A stretch of 13,761 nucleotides of DNA, taken from positions 1 to 13,761 of the forward strand of contig JBBKWS010000180.1 in assembly GCA_037969075.1 (NCBI GenBank). The letters run 5' to 3'. Position 1 is the first letter of the stretch. Each line of letters begins with the position of its first letter. Below are positions 1 to 7,508 of this stretch, in pieces. The notes beneath the pieces are model-generated. The model ran no database searches. It was not told the origin of the DNA and saw only the letters and a program-made list of their open reading frames with translations. The translations under genes were made by a program, and so were the position numbers. This DNA comes from Bdellovibrionales bacterium (GTDB lineage: Bacteria > Bdellovibrionota > Bdellovibrionia > Bdellovibrionales > UBA840).

Positions 1-87
1 CTATAATCTGTATTATACTGCAAATGATGGGGGTTTTGTAAGAAAAAGCCGAATGTGAAGAATTCTTCATAAATATGTCTAGGACGT

Positions 88-113
88 AAAAAGGGCTCCA
101 TAGAGCCCTTTTT
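88..113. terminator. Bidirectional intrinsic terminator downstream of tig
   Basis: AAAAA-GGGCTC-CATA-GAGCCC-TTTTT: a perfect 6-bp GC-rich stem with a 4-nt loop and A/T tracts on both sides, 22 nt after the tig stop codon. Confidence 0.88.
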
Positions 114-135
114 GACAAATTAAATGTAAGAAAAA

Positions 136-1440
136 TTAATCGTCTTTTAGTTTAGATTTTTCAACTTCATCGATTTTACAATCTTGCGCTACAAGATCTA
201 AAACTTTCTCTTCGACGATTTGATAATCAAGTCTAGATTGAGAATCATCTTTTTTATAAAATTGATTTAATTGCTCTAAAGAGATTCCAGATTCTTCAGC
301 ATAAGCTTGCAATTTTTGTTTACGATCTTCTTCGGTGATTTTTACATCTTTAGTTTTGGCCAGTGCATTTACCACATAACCAGATTGAATCATAAACTTA
401 GCTGCATCATCAAGCTCAGCCGCCCACTTAGTTTCATATTCTTTAAGATCAGCTTCTGATAAGCCTTGGTTTTGCATGCGCGATTGCATGTCTTTAAGTA
501 AAGTTTCTCTTTGCTCGTTAACTTGCGTTTTTGGTACTTCAAAAGGGTTTTCTTTTACCAGAGCTTTTAAAACACGCTTACGGAAGTCTTCTGCGATTCT
601 CATCACTTCACGTTTTTCGATACTCTCGCGAACATTGGCTTTTAGTGCCTCTAGAGTCTCGTAAGTTCCAACTGTTTTAGCGAATTCATCATTAAGTTCA
701 GGCTTTTGCTTTTCTTGAATCTTATGAAGCTTTACATTGAACTCAACGGGTTTTCCAGCAATGTCTTTTGCATGGTAATCATCTGGAAACTTAACACTAA
801 CTTTTTTGTCAGATCCTACGCTCATGCCAATTAGTTGCTCTTCAAACCCAGGTATAAACTGATTGGATCCTATCTCAAGTGGAAAATTTTCACCTTTCCC
901 ACCAGCTAGCGGTTCGCTTTCGATGAAACCTTCAAAATCAATCATCGCAATATCACCACTTTGTAAAACAGGTCTTGTGCTATCTACGTTAATAGTTTTG
1001 CTGTCTTGCAAATTTTTTAAAATGTCATTTACTTGTTCGTCACCGATAATTAACTTTTCTTTTTGAATCTTTAATCCAGATATTTTTTTAAGTTCAATAT
1101 TTGGTCTTATTTCAATAGTAGCTGAAAATTGAAATTCTTGCCCCTCTTCAACATTATCAAATGCAATTTGCGGGTAAGACACAGGGTCGATAGCATGTTC
1201 AACTAAAGCCTTTAAATAAGCATCTTTTACCAAGTCATTTACCACATCAGAGATGACGTGACCTTTGTATTTTTGCTTGATCACTGGCATAGGCGCTTTG
1301 CCTTTTCGAAAGCCCGGTATATTTACTTGGCTTTGAATGCCTTTGTACGCCTTCTCGAAGGTTGAATTGACGGTCTCAGGTGGAACCACAATTGATATTT
1401 TACGTTCTAAGCCTGAAATTTTCTCTAAATTTGACTTCAT
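136..1440 (-). CDS. tig: Trigger factor (ribosome-associated chaperone/FKBP-type PPIase)
   Basis: 434 aa. Ribosome-binding signature PGFRKGKAP; FKBP-like core (GDIAMIDFEG, LEIGSNQFIPGFEEQLIG, VKFPDDYHAKDIAGKPVEFNVKL); PELNDEFAK. SD AGGAG lies 5 nt upstream of the ATG. Confidence 0.98.
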   Translation of the reverse strand: MKSNLEKISGLERKISIVVPPETVNSTFEKAYKGIQSQVNIPGFRKGKAPMPVIKQKYKGHVISDVVNDLVKDAYLKALVEHAIDPVSYPQIAFDNVEEGQEFQFSATIEIRPNIELKKISGLKIQKEKLIIGDEQVNDILKNLQDSKTINVDSTRPVLQSGDIAMIDFEGFIESEPLAGGKGENFPLEIGSNQFIPGFEEQLIGMSVGSDKKVSVKFPDDYHAKDIAGKPVEFNVKLHKIQEKQKPELNDEFAKTVGTYETLEALKANVRESIEKREVMRIAEDFRKRVLKALVKENPFEVPKTQVNEQRETLLKDMQSRMQNQGLSEADLKEYETKWAAELDDAAKFMIQSGYVVNALAKTKDVKITEEDRKQKLQAYAEESGISLEQLNQFYKKDDSQSRLDYQIVEEKVLDLVAQDCKIDEVEKSKLKDD

Positions 1441-1465
1441 TCCTTCTCCTCATTTTTGTGCCGCC

Positions 1466-1494
1466 AAATTAGGAGAATCGAGCGTGAAAAGCAA
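1466..1494 (-). promoter_or_regulatory. Putative sigma70-type promoter for tig
   Basis: Minus strand TTGCTT (1494-1489), 17-nt spacer, TAATTT (1471-1466), about 25 nt upstream of the tig ATG. Pattern match only. Confidence 0.35.
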
Positions 1495-1559
1495 GGTTTA
1501 ATGCGCAAAAAATCGATTTTCATAGACAGTAGAGGGCTATTTACCAAATAATCAAAATC

Positions 1560-2444
1560 ATGTCAGAACCAAGCTTATTCTTTGTAACAGGTAAAGGTGG
1601 GGTGGGTAAGTCTACCGTCGCCGCCATCATAGCGCAGGGCCATGCTAAGCAAGGTAGGCGCACTTTGTTGGTAGAAATTGGCGATAGCTCTTATTATGAT
1701 AAACTGTTTAAGAAGCCTATAGCATTTGATCCTATAGAGGTAAGTTCGAATTTATTTGTTAGTCACTGGCAATGGTTTAGGTGTTTAAAAGAGTATGTAA
1801 CTCATGTGATAAAGCTAGAAACAGTTACAAATCTATTTTTTGAAAATGCTGTTATGAAAAGCATCATTCAAGTCGCTCCAGGTTTACCTGAAATAGCGCT
1901 ACTAGGAAAATTTACCAGTAAGATTCGCAATGTGGGTCCCAATATGCCTTATGATGTTGTTGTGATGGATGCTCACTCTACAGGGCATGCGCTTAGTATG
2001 CTTCGCGCTCCAAAAGGACTTTTTGAAACTATTGGATTTGGTCCACTAGGGGATCACTCTAAGGGTATTCATAAAGTAATGATGGATAGTAAGTTGGTAA
2101 AATATATTACAGTATGTCTCCCTGAAGAGTTGCCTGTTACAGAAACTATTGAGTTCACATCTACTTTGCAATCAGAGTTTGCGATCAACAGCGATATTTG
2201 GTTGAATAAAGTTCTGCCTCTACCTATTGATAGTTCGCAAATTGACAACTGGAAAGAACAGGCCCCAGATGATGAGACAAAAAAAGTCATACGTTATATT
2301 GATGGCCAAATAAAAAAGCAGACAACGAGTTTTTCACTATTAGGACAAACCCATCGACTTAAGAAGGTTTTGCACTATCGCTCTTTAGTGGGCGATGCCC
2401 ACAACTGGTTAAAAATCTTATCTGCGGAGAGTAAAGATGTTTGA
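1560..2444 (+). CDS. ArsA/Get3-family (SIMIBI) ATPase, single domain, Rv3679/BagA-like subunit
   Basis: 294 aa. Deviant Walker A GKGGVGKS (1590-1613) with the signature Lys; APGLPEIALLGK; switch II-like YDVVVMDAHSTGH; LPEELPVTET; LNKV. The switch I region reads LLVEIGDS instead of xTDPA. Confidence 0.88.
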   Translation: MSEPSLFFVTGKGGVGKSTVAAIIAQGHAKQGRRTLLVEIGDSSYYDKLFKKPIAFDPIEVSSNLFVSHWQWFRCLKEYVTHVIKLETVTNLFFENAVMKSIIQVAPGLPEIALLGKFTSKIRNVGPNMPYDVVVMDAHSTGHALSMLRAPKGLFETIGFGPLGDHSKGIHKVMMDSKLVKYITVCLPEELPVTETIEFTSTLQSEFAINSDIWLNKVLPLPIDSSQIDNWKEQAPDDETKKVIRYIDGQIKKQTTSFSLLGQTHRLKKVLHYRSLVGDAHNWLKILSAESKDV

Positions 2445-3474
2445 TTTACTAAGTTCGCATAAACTAATTTTAAGTGTTGGTACTGGCGGTGTCGGAAAAA
2501 CTACAGTGTCGGCAAGTTTAGCAGTAGCTGCTGCTGTGGCAGGAAAAAAAGTTTTAGTGGTTACGATTGATCCCTCGAAACGTTTAAAGACGGCGCTGGG
2601 ACTAAATGATCTAGGTACAGAAATTACCAAAGTACCGCTGGAAGCAAAGGGTGAGTTGTATGCATCCCTACTTGATCCTAAAAAAATATTTGATTCATTT
2701 ATTAAGAAAAATGCAAAAAACCCAGAGCTTTGCGAGAAAATTTTTAAAAACAAACTATATCAAAACATAAGTTCGCTACTAGCGGGCTCGCAAGAGTTTA
2801 CCTCTCTTGAGTTTGTATTAGATGCATTTGAATCAAATCGCTTCGATCTTATTATTTTAGATACTCCGCCGTCTCAACACGCCATTGATTTTTTACGTGC
2901 CCCACAAAGGTTTTATCATTTGTTTGATGATAAGGTTGTGTCTTGGTTCGAAACTAAAGGCGAGGTTGGCTTTTTTACTAAAATCATTCACTCAGGTACA
3001 AAAAAAGCAACGGCGGTTCTAGAGAGACTGGTTGGTAAAGGATTTCTAACCGAGATACATGAGTTTTTTTCGCTGTTCGGAAGTTTGGCAGGAATCATAC
3101 AAAAAAGAAGTATAGAAGCGCAGAACCTCTTGAGCAGTGCGGATGCTGCATTTTGTTTGGTTAGTTCTTATGATCCAATTAAAACCGTTGAAGCAAAAGA
3201 TTTGTATCGTTTATTAAAAAGAGAAGGGTATTCACTTAAGGCGGTAATTATGAATAGAGCGTTTCCGTTTGTTAAAAACACAGATGACATGCCCAAAGAT
3301 TTTATTGAAACCTATAATGATTTAGCAGAGCGTTTTAAAGAACAAAAATTATTACAACAAGGTATGATCGACGAGATCAGTGGCGAGGTTGCGTATTTGT
3401 CTATTCCAGAACAAGATTATGAAATTTCTAGCCTTGAAGCTTTAAAAACTTTAGGTCAGGCTGTGTTTATATGA
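2437..3474 (+). CDS. ArsA/Get3-family ATPase, single domain, Rv3680/BagB-like subunit
   Basis: 345 aa. Walker A GTGGVGKT (2479-2502) lacking the signature Lys; switch I VTIDPSKRLKTALG; LAGSQEF; switch II FDLIILDTPPSQHAIDFLRAP; VIMNR. SD GGAG at 2426-2429; 8-nt overlap with the upstream gene. Confidence 0.9.
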   Translation: MFDLLSSHKLILSVGTGGVGKTTVSASLAVAAAVAGKKVLVVTIDPSKRLKTALGLNDLGTEITKVPLEAKGELYASLLDPKKIFDSFIKKNAKNPELCEKIFKNKLYQNISSLLAGSQEFTSLEFVLDAFESNRFDLIILDTPPSQHAIDFLRAPQRFYHLFDDKVVSWFETKGEVGFFTKIIHSGTKKATAVLERLVGKGFLTEIHEFFSLFGSLAGIIQKRSIEAQNLLSSADAAFCLVSSYDPIKTVEAKDLYRLLKREGYSLKAVIMNRAFPFVKNTDDMPKDFIETYNDLAERFKEQKLLQQGMIDEISGEVAYLSIPEQDYEISSLEALKTLGQAVFI

Positions 3475-4526
3475 AAAAATACCTTATCTGTTTATTATTG
3501 ATTACTGGCTGCATGAGTCCACAAAAGCCCATGAACCAAGATGCCGAGATGGCTTATCACAATGCTTTAAAACTAACTGAATCAATACAGGGAGAGAAGG
3601 CTTTGAAGGCTTGGCAAAAGTTTCTACAGCAATACCCTGCCACACCATTAACTGCGTCCGCATTATATCATAAAGCATTAAGTTATGAGAGGTTGGGACA
3701 GTATCAATCAGCGGTAAATACGTATCGATCGGCAATTACAATTTGGGGTGTGCAGAGCAATCAAGATAGAGCGCAGGCTCTTCTCAGAATTTCTGGGTGC
3801 TATGAAGCCATGTCTGAGAACGCAAAAAGCCTGGGTACCTTGCAAGAGTTAGAAAGAAATCTGAGTGCTTTATCGAGTGCACAAAAAAATATAGAGATTC
3901 CGGCTAGAAAAGCATTGCTATACGCTAAAGAGGGAAACCAGGCTGAGGCAAAAAAATACTATGCCCTTGCCACTAAAAACATGAATCAATATTTAAGACG
4001 AACCGGAGCGAGCGCGAACGTTTGGCTTGCTGAAGTTCTATATAGGTTAAGCGAAACAAATCCATCATTATCACTTCCGGATTATCAGGCAGCGATGGAC
4101 GCGCTTTCGATTAACCAATCATATCTGGCTAAAGTGATCGAAATGGATCAGCCATTTTGGTCTGAGAAAGCACTTCAGAGATTGAGCTTACAGCTAGAGG
4201 GAATCAAAACGTATTTACTGAAGTTTGTTAATTCTAAAGACTTGCTTGAGCTAAGAGAACAACAGGAGCAGCAAAAAAATATGGCGGCAACATTTATAGA
4301 TGTTCTCGATAAGCTGTCGCAAGAATTTTTATCTGATTCAAAAGTATTTGAAGAAAAGGTTGCCCCAGTTAAACAAAAAATTAAATCAGAGGTAACTGAC
4401 ATCTTGTTGGCGCGCAGTATAGGTGAGGGTCTGACAGATGAATCAAAACAAAGGCAAGGTATACGCCGTGGAAAAATAGAATCTTTGCCTAAGAAGACGG
4501 TTTCCCCAACGGATCCTAATTTATGA
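3471..4526 (+). CDS. TPR-repeat lipoprotein (BamD/CpoB-like N-terminal TPRs)
   Basis: 351 aa. Short signal peptide MKKYLICLLL with lipobox ITG-C14; TPR pattern WQKFLQQYPATPLTASALYHKALSYERLGQYQSAVNTY; further helical repeats follow. ATGA overlap with the upstream gene. Confidence 0.78.
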   Translation: MKKYLICLLLITGCMSPQKPMNQDAEMAYHNALKLTESIQGEKALKAWQKFLQQYPATPLTASALYHKALSYERLGQYQSAVNTYRSAITIWGVQSNQDRAQALLRISGCYEAMSENAKSLGTLQELERNLSALSSAQKNIEIPARKALLYAKEGNQAEAKKYYALATKNMNQYLRRTGASANVWLAEVLYRLSETNPSLSLPDYQAAMDALSINQSYLAKVIEMDQPFWSEKALQRLSLQLEGIKTYLLKFVNSKDLLELREQQEQQKNMAATFIDVLDKLSQEFLSDSKVFEEKVAPVKQKIKSEVTDILLARSIGEGLTDESKQRQGIRRGKIESLPKKTVSPTDPNL

Positions 4527-5278
4527 TTTTTTTTAAAAGGCTAACCTTTGGCTTTCAAGGTTTCTTTTCTGGTTTTGCAGCGATTAGAAAGCACCCATCA
4601 CTATTAAAATATATTTTGATTCCTATTTTTATCTCTATGGTTTTCATGGCACTGGGACTCTATTTTTCAATGGAGATATTGCCAGGTTGGATAAAAGAGT
4701 ATTTACCACAAGGTGACGGAATATTAATGCGCAGTGTTTATTGGATCTCTGTGGTTTTCTCTGCGGTTACATCATTTTTGTTGGTAACACTTAACTCATT
4801 TATATTGGCCAATATTTTAAACATACCGATGAATACTAGGCTCTGTGAGAAATTTTTAAAAAAAGAATTCGACTGGCAAGCGCCTTCAAAAAATATGCGC
4901 GAATACGTTAAAACATTCGTATATTTTTTATTGATAGGGATTGTTAAAACGCTACTTATATTTATCTTAGGTATTTTGGCATTTGTACTTTCATTTTTAC
5001 CATTTTTAAGCCTAATTGCGGCAGCAATGGGGATGCTTATTTTGGCGTTTGATTGTTCTGATATTACCTTTGAAATTAAAGAGATGGGGCTAAAACAGCG
5101 CTGGCAGTTTTTTAGCCGTTTTAAATTAGAGTTTTTGGGCTTTGCCCTAGGGATTGGGTTGTTTTCTCTGATACCGGGTTTGAACTTTATTCTTTTACCG
5201 TTTATAGTGCTAGGTGCTAGTCAGATGGTACACACCCTATATACAAGGAATTCCAATGGCCCAATGTCAATCCCATGA
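4523..5278 (+). CDS. EI24/CysZ-like integral membrane protein
   Basis: 251 aa. Several hydrophobic segments and a CysZ/EI24-like layout (GF..IRKHPSLLKYILIP, ANILNIPMNTRLCEK, LSFLPFL, AFDCSD, LGF...LIPGLNFILLP..VLGA). ATGA overlap with the upstream gene. The family call is by motif recognition only. Confidence 0.72.
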   Translation: MIFFKRLTFGFQGFFSGFAAIRKHPSLLKYILIPIFISMVFMALGLYFSMEILPGWIKEYLPQGDGILMRSVYWISVVFSAVTSFLLVTLNSFILANILNIPMNTRLCEKFLKKEFDWQAPSKNMREYVKTFVYFLLIGIVKTLLIFILGILAFVLSFLPFLSLIAAAMGMLILAFDCSDITFEIKEMGLKQRWQFFSRFKLEFLGFALGIGLFSLIPGLNFILLPFIVLGASQMVHTLYTRNSNGPMSIP

Positions 5279-6500
5279 TGCAATCATTAAGCACCTTGAT
5301 ACGTTAAAAACGTGGCGTGAACAAAAGAAAAAAAGCTTACCATTTCCTATATATACCAGCGTAGATATCAGAGACGCGGGTTATAAGGTCGCAAGTGTAG
5401 ATGCAAATATCTATCCGGCAGGGTTTAATAATATTTGTGAAGTTGACTTAGAGCAGGCGCCGGCCATCTTTAATGATTACATAACTACCCATTATGAAAA
5501 ACCAATTCATAAAGTGCTACTGATTACTGAAGAGCATACGAACAACGCATACTACTGGCAAAATGTTCATGCGCTTATGAGTTTTATTGCAGCGTCTGGA
5601 CGTGAAGTCAGAGTGACAATGCCAAAAGATCTCAGTGAATCTATGGAAATCGAAAGTGCTTTTGGAAATAAGATAAAAATTAGTAAATCAAAAAGAACTG
5701 CCGGAACTATTATAGTAGACGACGATTTTGTGCCAGATATTATTATCTCCAACAATGATTTTTCTATTTCTTATGACGATTGGAATAAGGGTTTAGAAAC
5801 CATTATTAACCCTCCGAGGGGATTAGGTTGGTACCAAAGAAAAAAAAGCACGCACTTTGAATACTACAATCAGCTGGCTGAGGAGTTTGCAGACATTATT
5901 CAGGTCGACCCTTGGATGTTTAAGGTAGAAACGCATTTAGTAACGGACTTCAATCCAAACCTAGATGCTAGCAAGCAAGCGTTGGCACAAAAAGTGGATG
6001 CAATGATTTCTCGTATGCGAGAAAATTACCAAAAAAGAAATCTAGATATAAAGCCTACGGTTTTTATAAAAAATAATGCTGGAACTTACGGATTAGCGGT
6101 TACTAAAGTTGAGTCAGGCAGTGACGTATTAACTTGGAATAATAAAACTAGAACCAAAATGAAAGCAGCCAAAGGTGGCCGAGAGGTTGAAGAGATTATT
6201 ATTCAAGAAGGAATACCTACTACTATTAAATCCGAAGATGCTACCGCAGAGCCAGCAATTTATATGCTTGGCTGCCAACTTTTAGGAGGATTTCTTCGTA
6301 CTCACTCTGCAAAAGGTCCTACGGATAGTTTAAATAGCCCTGGTGCGGTTTTTAAAAGATTATGTGTAACAGATCTAAAGGTGCAACCTAGTAAGTGCCC
6401 ACTTGAGAATGTATATGGCTGGGTAGCCACACTGAGTTGCTTAGCAACAGGTCTAGAAGCTAAGTCTATGGGCGTAGAATTTTCAGGATACCGACTATAG
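5256..6500 (+). CDS. gshA: Glutamate-cysteine ligase, ATP-grasp (GshA/PF08886) type
   Basis: Family N-terminal motif PIYTSVDIRDAGYKVASVDANIYPAGFNN; EEHTNNAYYWQNV; NNDFS; GWYQRKKSTHF; FIKNNAGTYGLAV; IIIQEGIPT; AEPAIY; GGFLR..SLNSPG. Start moved from the ORF-track GTG at 5214 to ATG 5256 (SD AAGGA at 5245-5249), giving 414 aa. Confidence 0.88.
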   Translation: MAQCQSHDAIIKHLDTLKTWREQKKKSLPFPIYTSVDIRDAGYKVASVDANIYPAGFNNICEVDLEQAPAIFNDYITTHYEKPIHKVLLITEEHTNNAYYWQNVHALMSFIAASGREVRVTMPKDLSESMEIESAFGNKIKISKSKRTAGTIIVDDDFVPDIIISNNDFSISYDDWNKGLETIINPPRGLGWYQRKKSTHFEYYNQLAEEFADIIQVDPWMFKVETHLVTDFNPNLDASKQALAQKVDAMISRMRENYQKRNLDIKPTVFIKNNAGTYGLAVTKVESGSDVLTWNNKTRTKMKAAKGGREVEEIIIQEGIPTTIKSEDATAEPAIYMLGCQLLGGFLRTHSAKGPTDSLNSPGAVFKRLCVTDLKVQPSKCPLENVYGWVATLSCLATGLEAKSMGVEFSGYRL

Positions 6501-6540
6501 TCTTGTTGATTTTTTAGCGTAGCATTCCGAAACAGTAAGT

Positions 6541-7131
6541 ATGAGTAATAGCATAAAACGTAAGTGGCTTTACTTTTTTAGCCTTCTGATATTTTTTATC
6601 GGAGCTATTTCTATTTTTTCAAGTATGCACCAGCAAAATCGTGCGCCTGCGGCAATCCAAGGAAGCTTTAGTTGGCAAGATATTGAAAATAAACAAAGAG
6701 AAAAAATTCTATCAGTTTCTGATCTGATAAAGCAAGACTCTGGTTATGTGTTAAGTTTAGGTGATACTGTTGATTCGAGTATGTGTGGTAAATACCAATA
6801 CGTTAGAGTTGAATTTACAGCGGAAGGTATGGCGGTCAGTGGCAATAAACCAACACTAACTTTTTCTACAAAGTGCACTAACGAATCAAAAATTATTACT
6901 ATGTTAATTCCAAGCAGTGAGCTTCTACAGAAGCCAGCTCGTGCAATGAGTTTTGAGTATAATGGTTCGCAAATTGTTACAGTAAAGGTAGAGAATGTAA
7001 TTGGTTTTTGGCCAGAAACTTGGACCGCCAACAAGATATCGTTTTATAATGATGAAAACGGTCAAACATTTAGTCTAACACAAGACCACCTGCAAAAGGT
7101 GGCCTTGAAAATGGATTGGTCTAAAAAATAA
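6541..7131 (+). CDS. Hypothetical membrane-anchored or exported protein
   Basis: 196 aa. Basic N-terminus followed by one hydrophobic segment (WLYFFSLLIFFIGAISIF), an RAPAA linker, and a beta-rich soluble domain with two Cys. It fills the gap after gshA on the same strand. Confidence 0.75.
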   Translation: MSNSIKRKWLYFFSLLIFFIGAISIFSSMHQQNRAPAAIQGSFSWQDIENKQREKILSVSDLIKQDSGYVLSLGDTVDSSMCGKYQYVRVEFTAEGMAVSGNKPTLTFSTKCTNESKIITMLIPSSELLQKPARAMSFEYNGSQIVTVKVENVIGFWPETWTANKISFYNDENGQTFSLTQDHLQKVALKMDWSKK

Positions 7132-7503
7132 TTATTTTAATAACAAGCTAGGGTTAACTAGAGTGTATGTTGTGTCCCCATCCAGCTCTGTAGTGGTAAG
7201 AGTGTATGTGCGTTTTCTTGGAGATGCTCGGCAATCAGCAACATTATCTTTAAGCGAGATTGTAACAAAATCTTCATCGAAAAAACCAACAGATCGTCTT
7301 TCAGTGTTAATTTCAAAGTCGTTAGTTTTGTAAGTACCACATGAATATTCCGAGATTACAAAGGTTGTAGTTGTAACAAAAGTGCCACCATCACACATAG
7401 AGCAGGATGCGATAAATTGGGTGTTTTGTTTTACAGATTCAACAACTGGAGTTGCAAACGCTGTTGATGATATAAATAAAAGGCCTAAAATTAATTTTTT
7501 CAT
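7132..7503 (-). CDS. Hypothetical secreted protein with 4 Cys
   Basis: 123 aa. Sec signal peptide MKKLILGLLFISSTAFA with an A-x-A cleavage site; SD AGGGG 5 nt upstream of the ATG; CSMC plus two further Cys. Confidence 0.75.
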   Translation of the reverse strand: MKKLILGLLFISSTAFATPVVESVKQNTQFIASCSMCDGGTFVTTTTFVISEYSCGTYKTNDFEINTERRSVGFFDEDFVTISLKDNVADCRASPRKRTYTLTTTELDGDTTYTLVNPSLLLK

Positions 7504-7508
7504 AAATT

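Noticed and set aside
1441..1559. tRNA gene upstream of tig, as often seen in other bacteria
   Set aside because: No cloverleaf, T-loop (GTTCRA) or CCA-ended acceptor stem is visible in this 119-nt spacer.
2420..2450. Frameshifted two-domain arsA pseudogene or programmed frameshift
   Set aside because: The second ORF has its own SD (GGAG) and ATG, both ORFs are complete domains, and split pairs are an established architecture.
1560..3474. Arsenic-resistance operon (arsA)
   Set aside because: The genes encode two single-domain proteins with non-canonical switch motifs, and no arsR, arsD, arsB, acr3 or arsC is present in the window. The pattern fits the Rv3679/Rv3680-like subgroup better.
3471..4526. 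Assigning the symbol bamD or cpoB
   Set aside because: Only the N-terminal TPRs resemble them. The length, C-terminal region and gene context (no tol-pal) do not support orthology.
5214..5255. ORF-track GTG start for gshA
   Set aside because: It would overlap the upstream gene by 65 nt, whereas ATG 5256 has a good SD.
7132..7503. c-type cytochrome
   Set aside because: The motif is CSMCD, not CxxCH.
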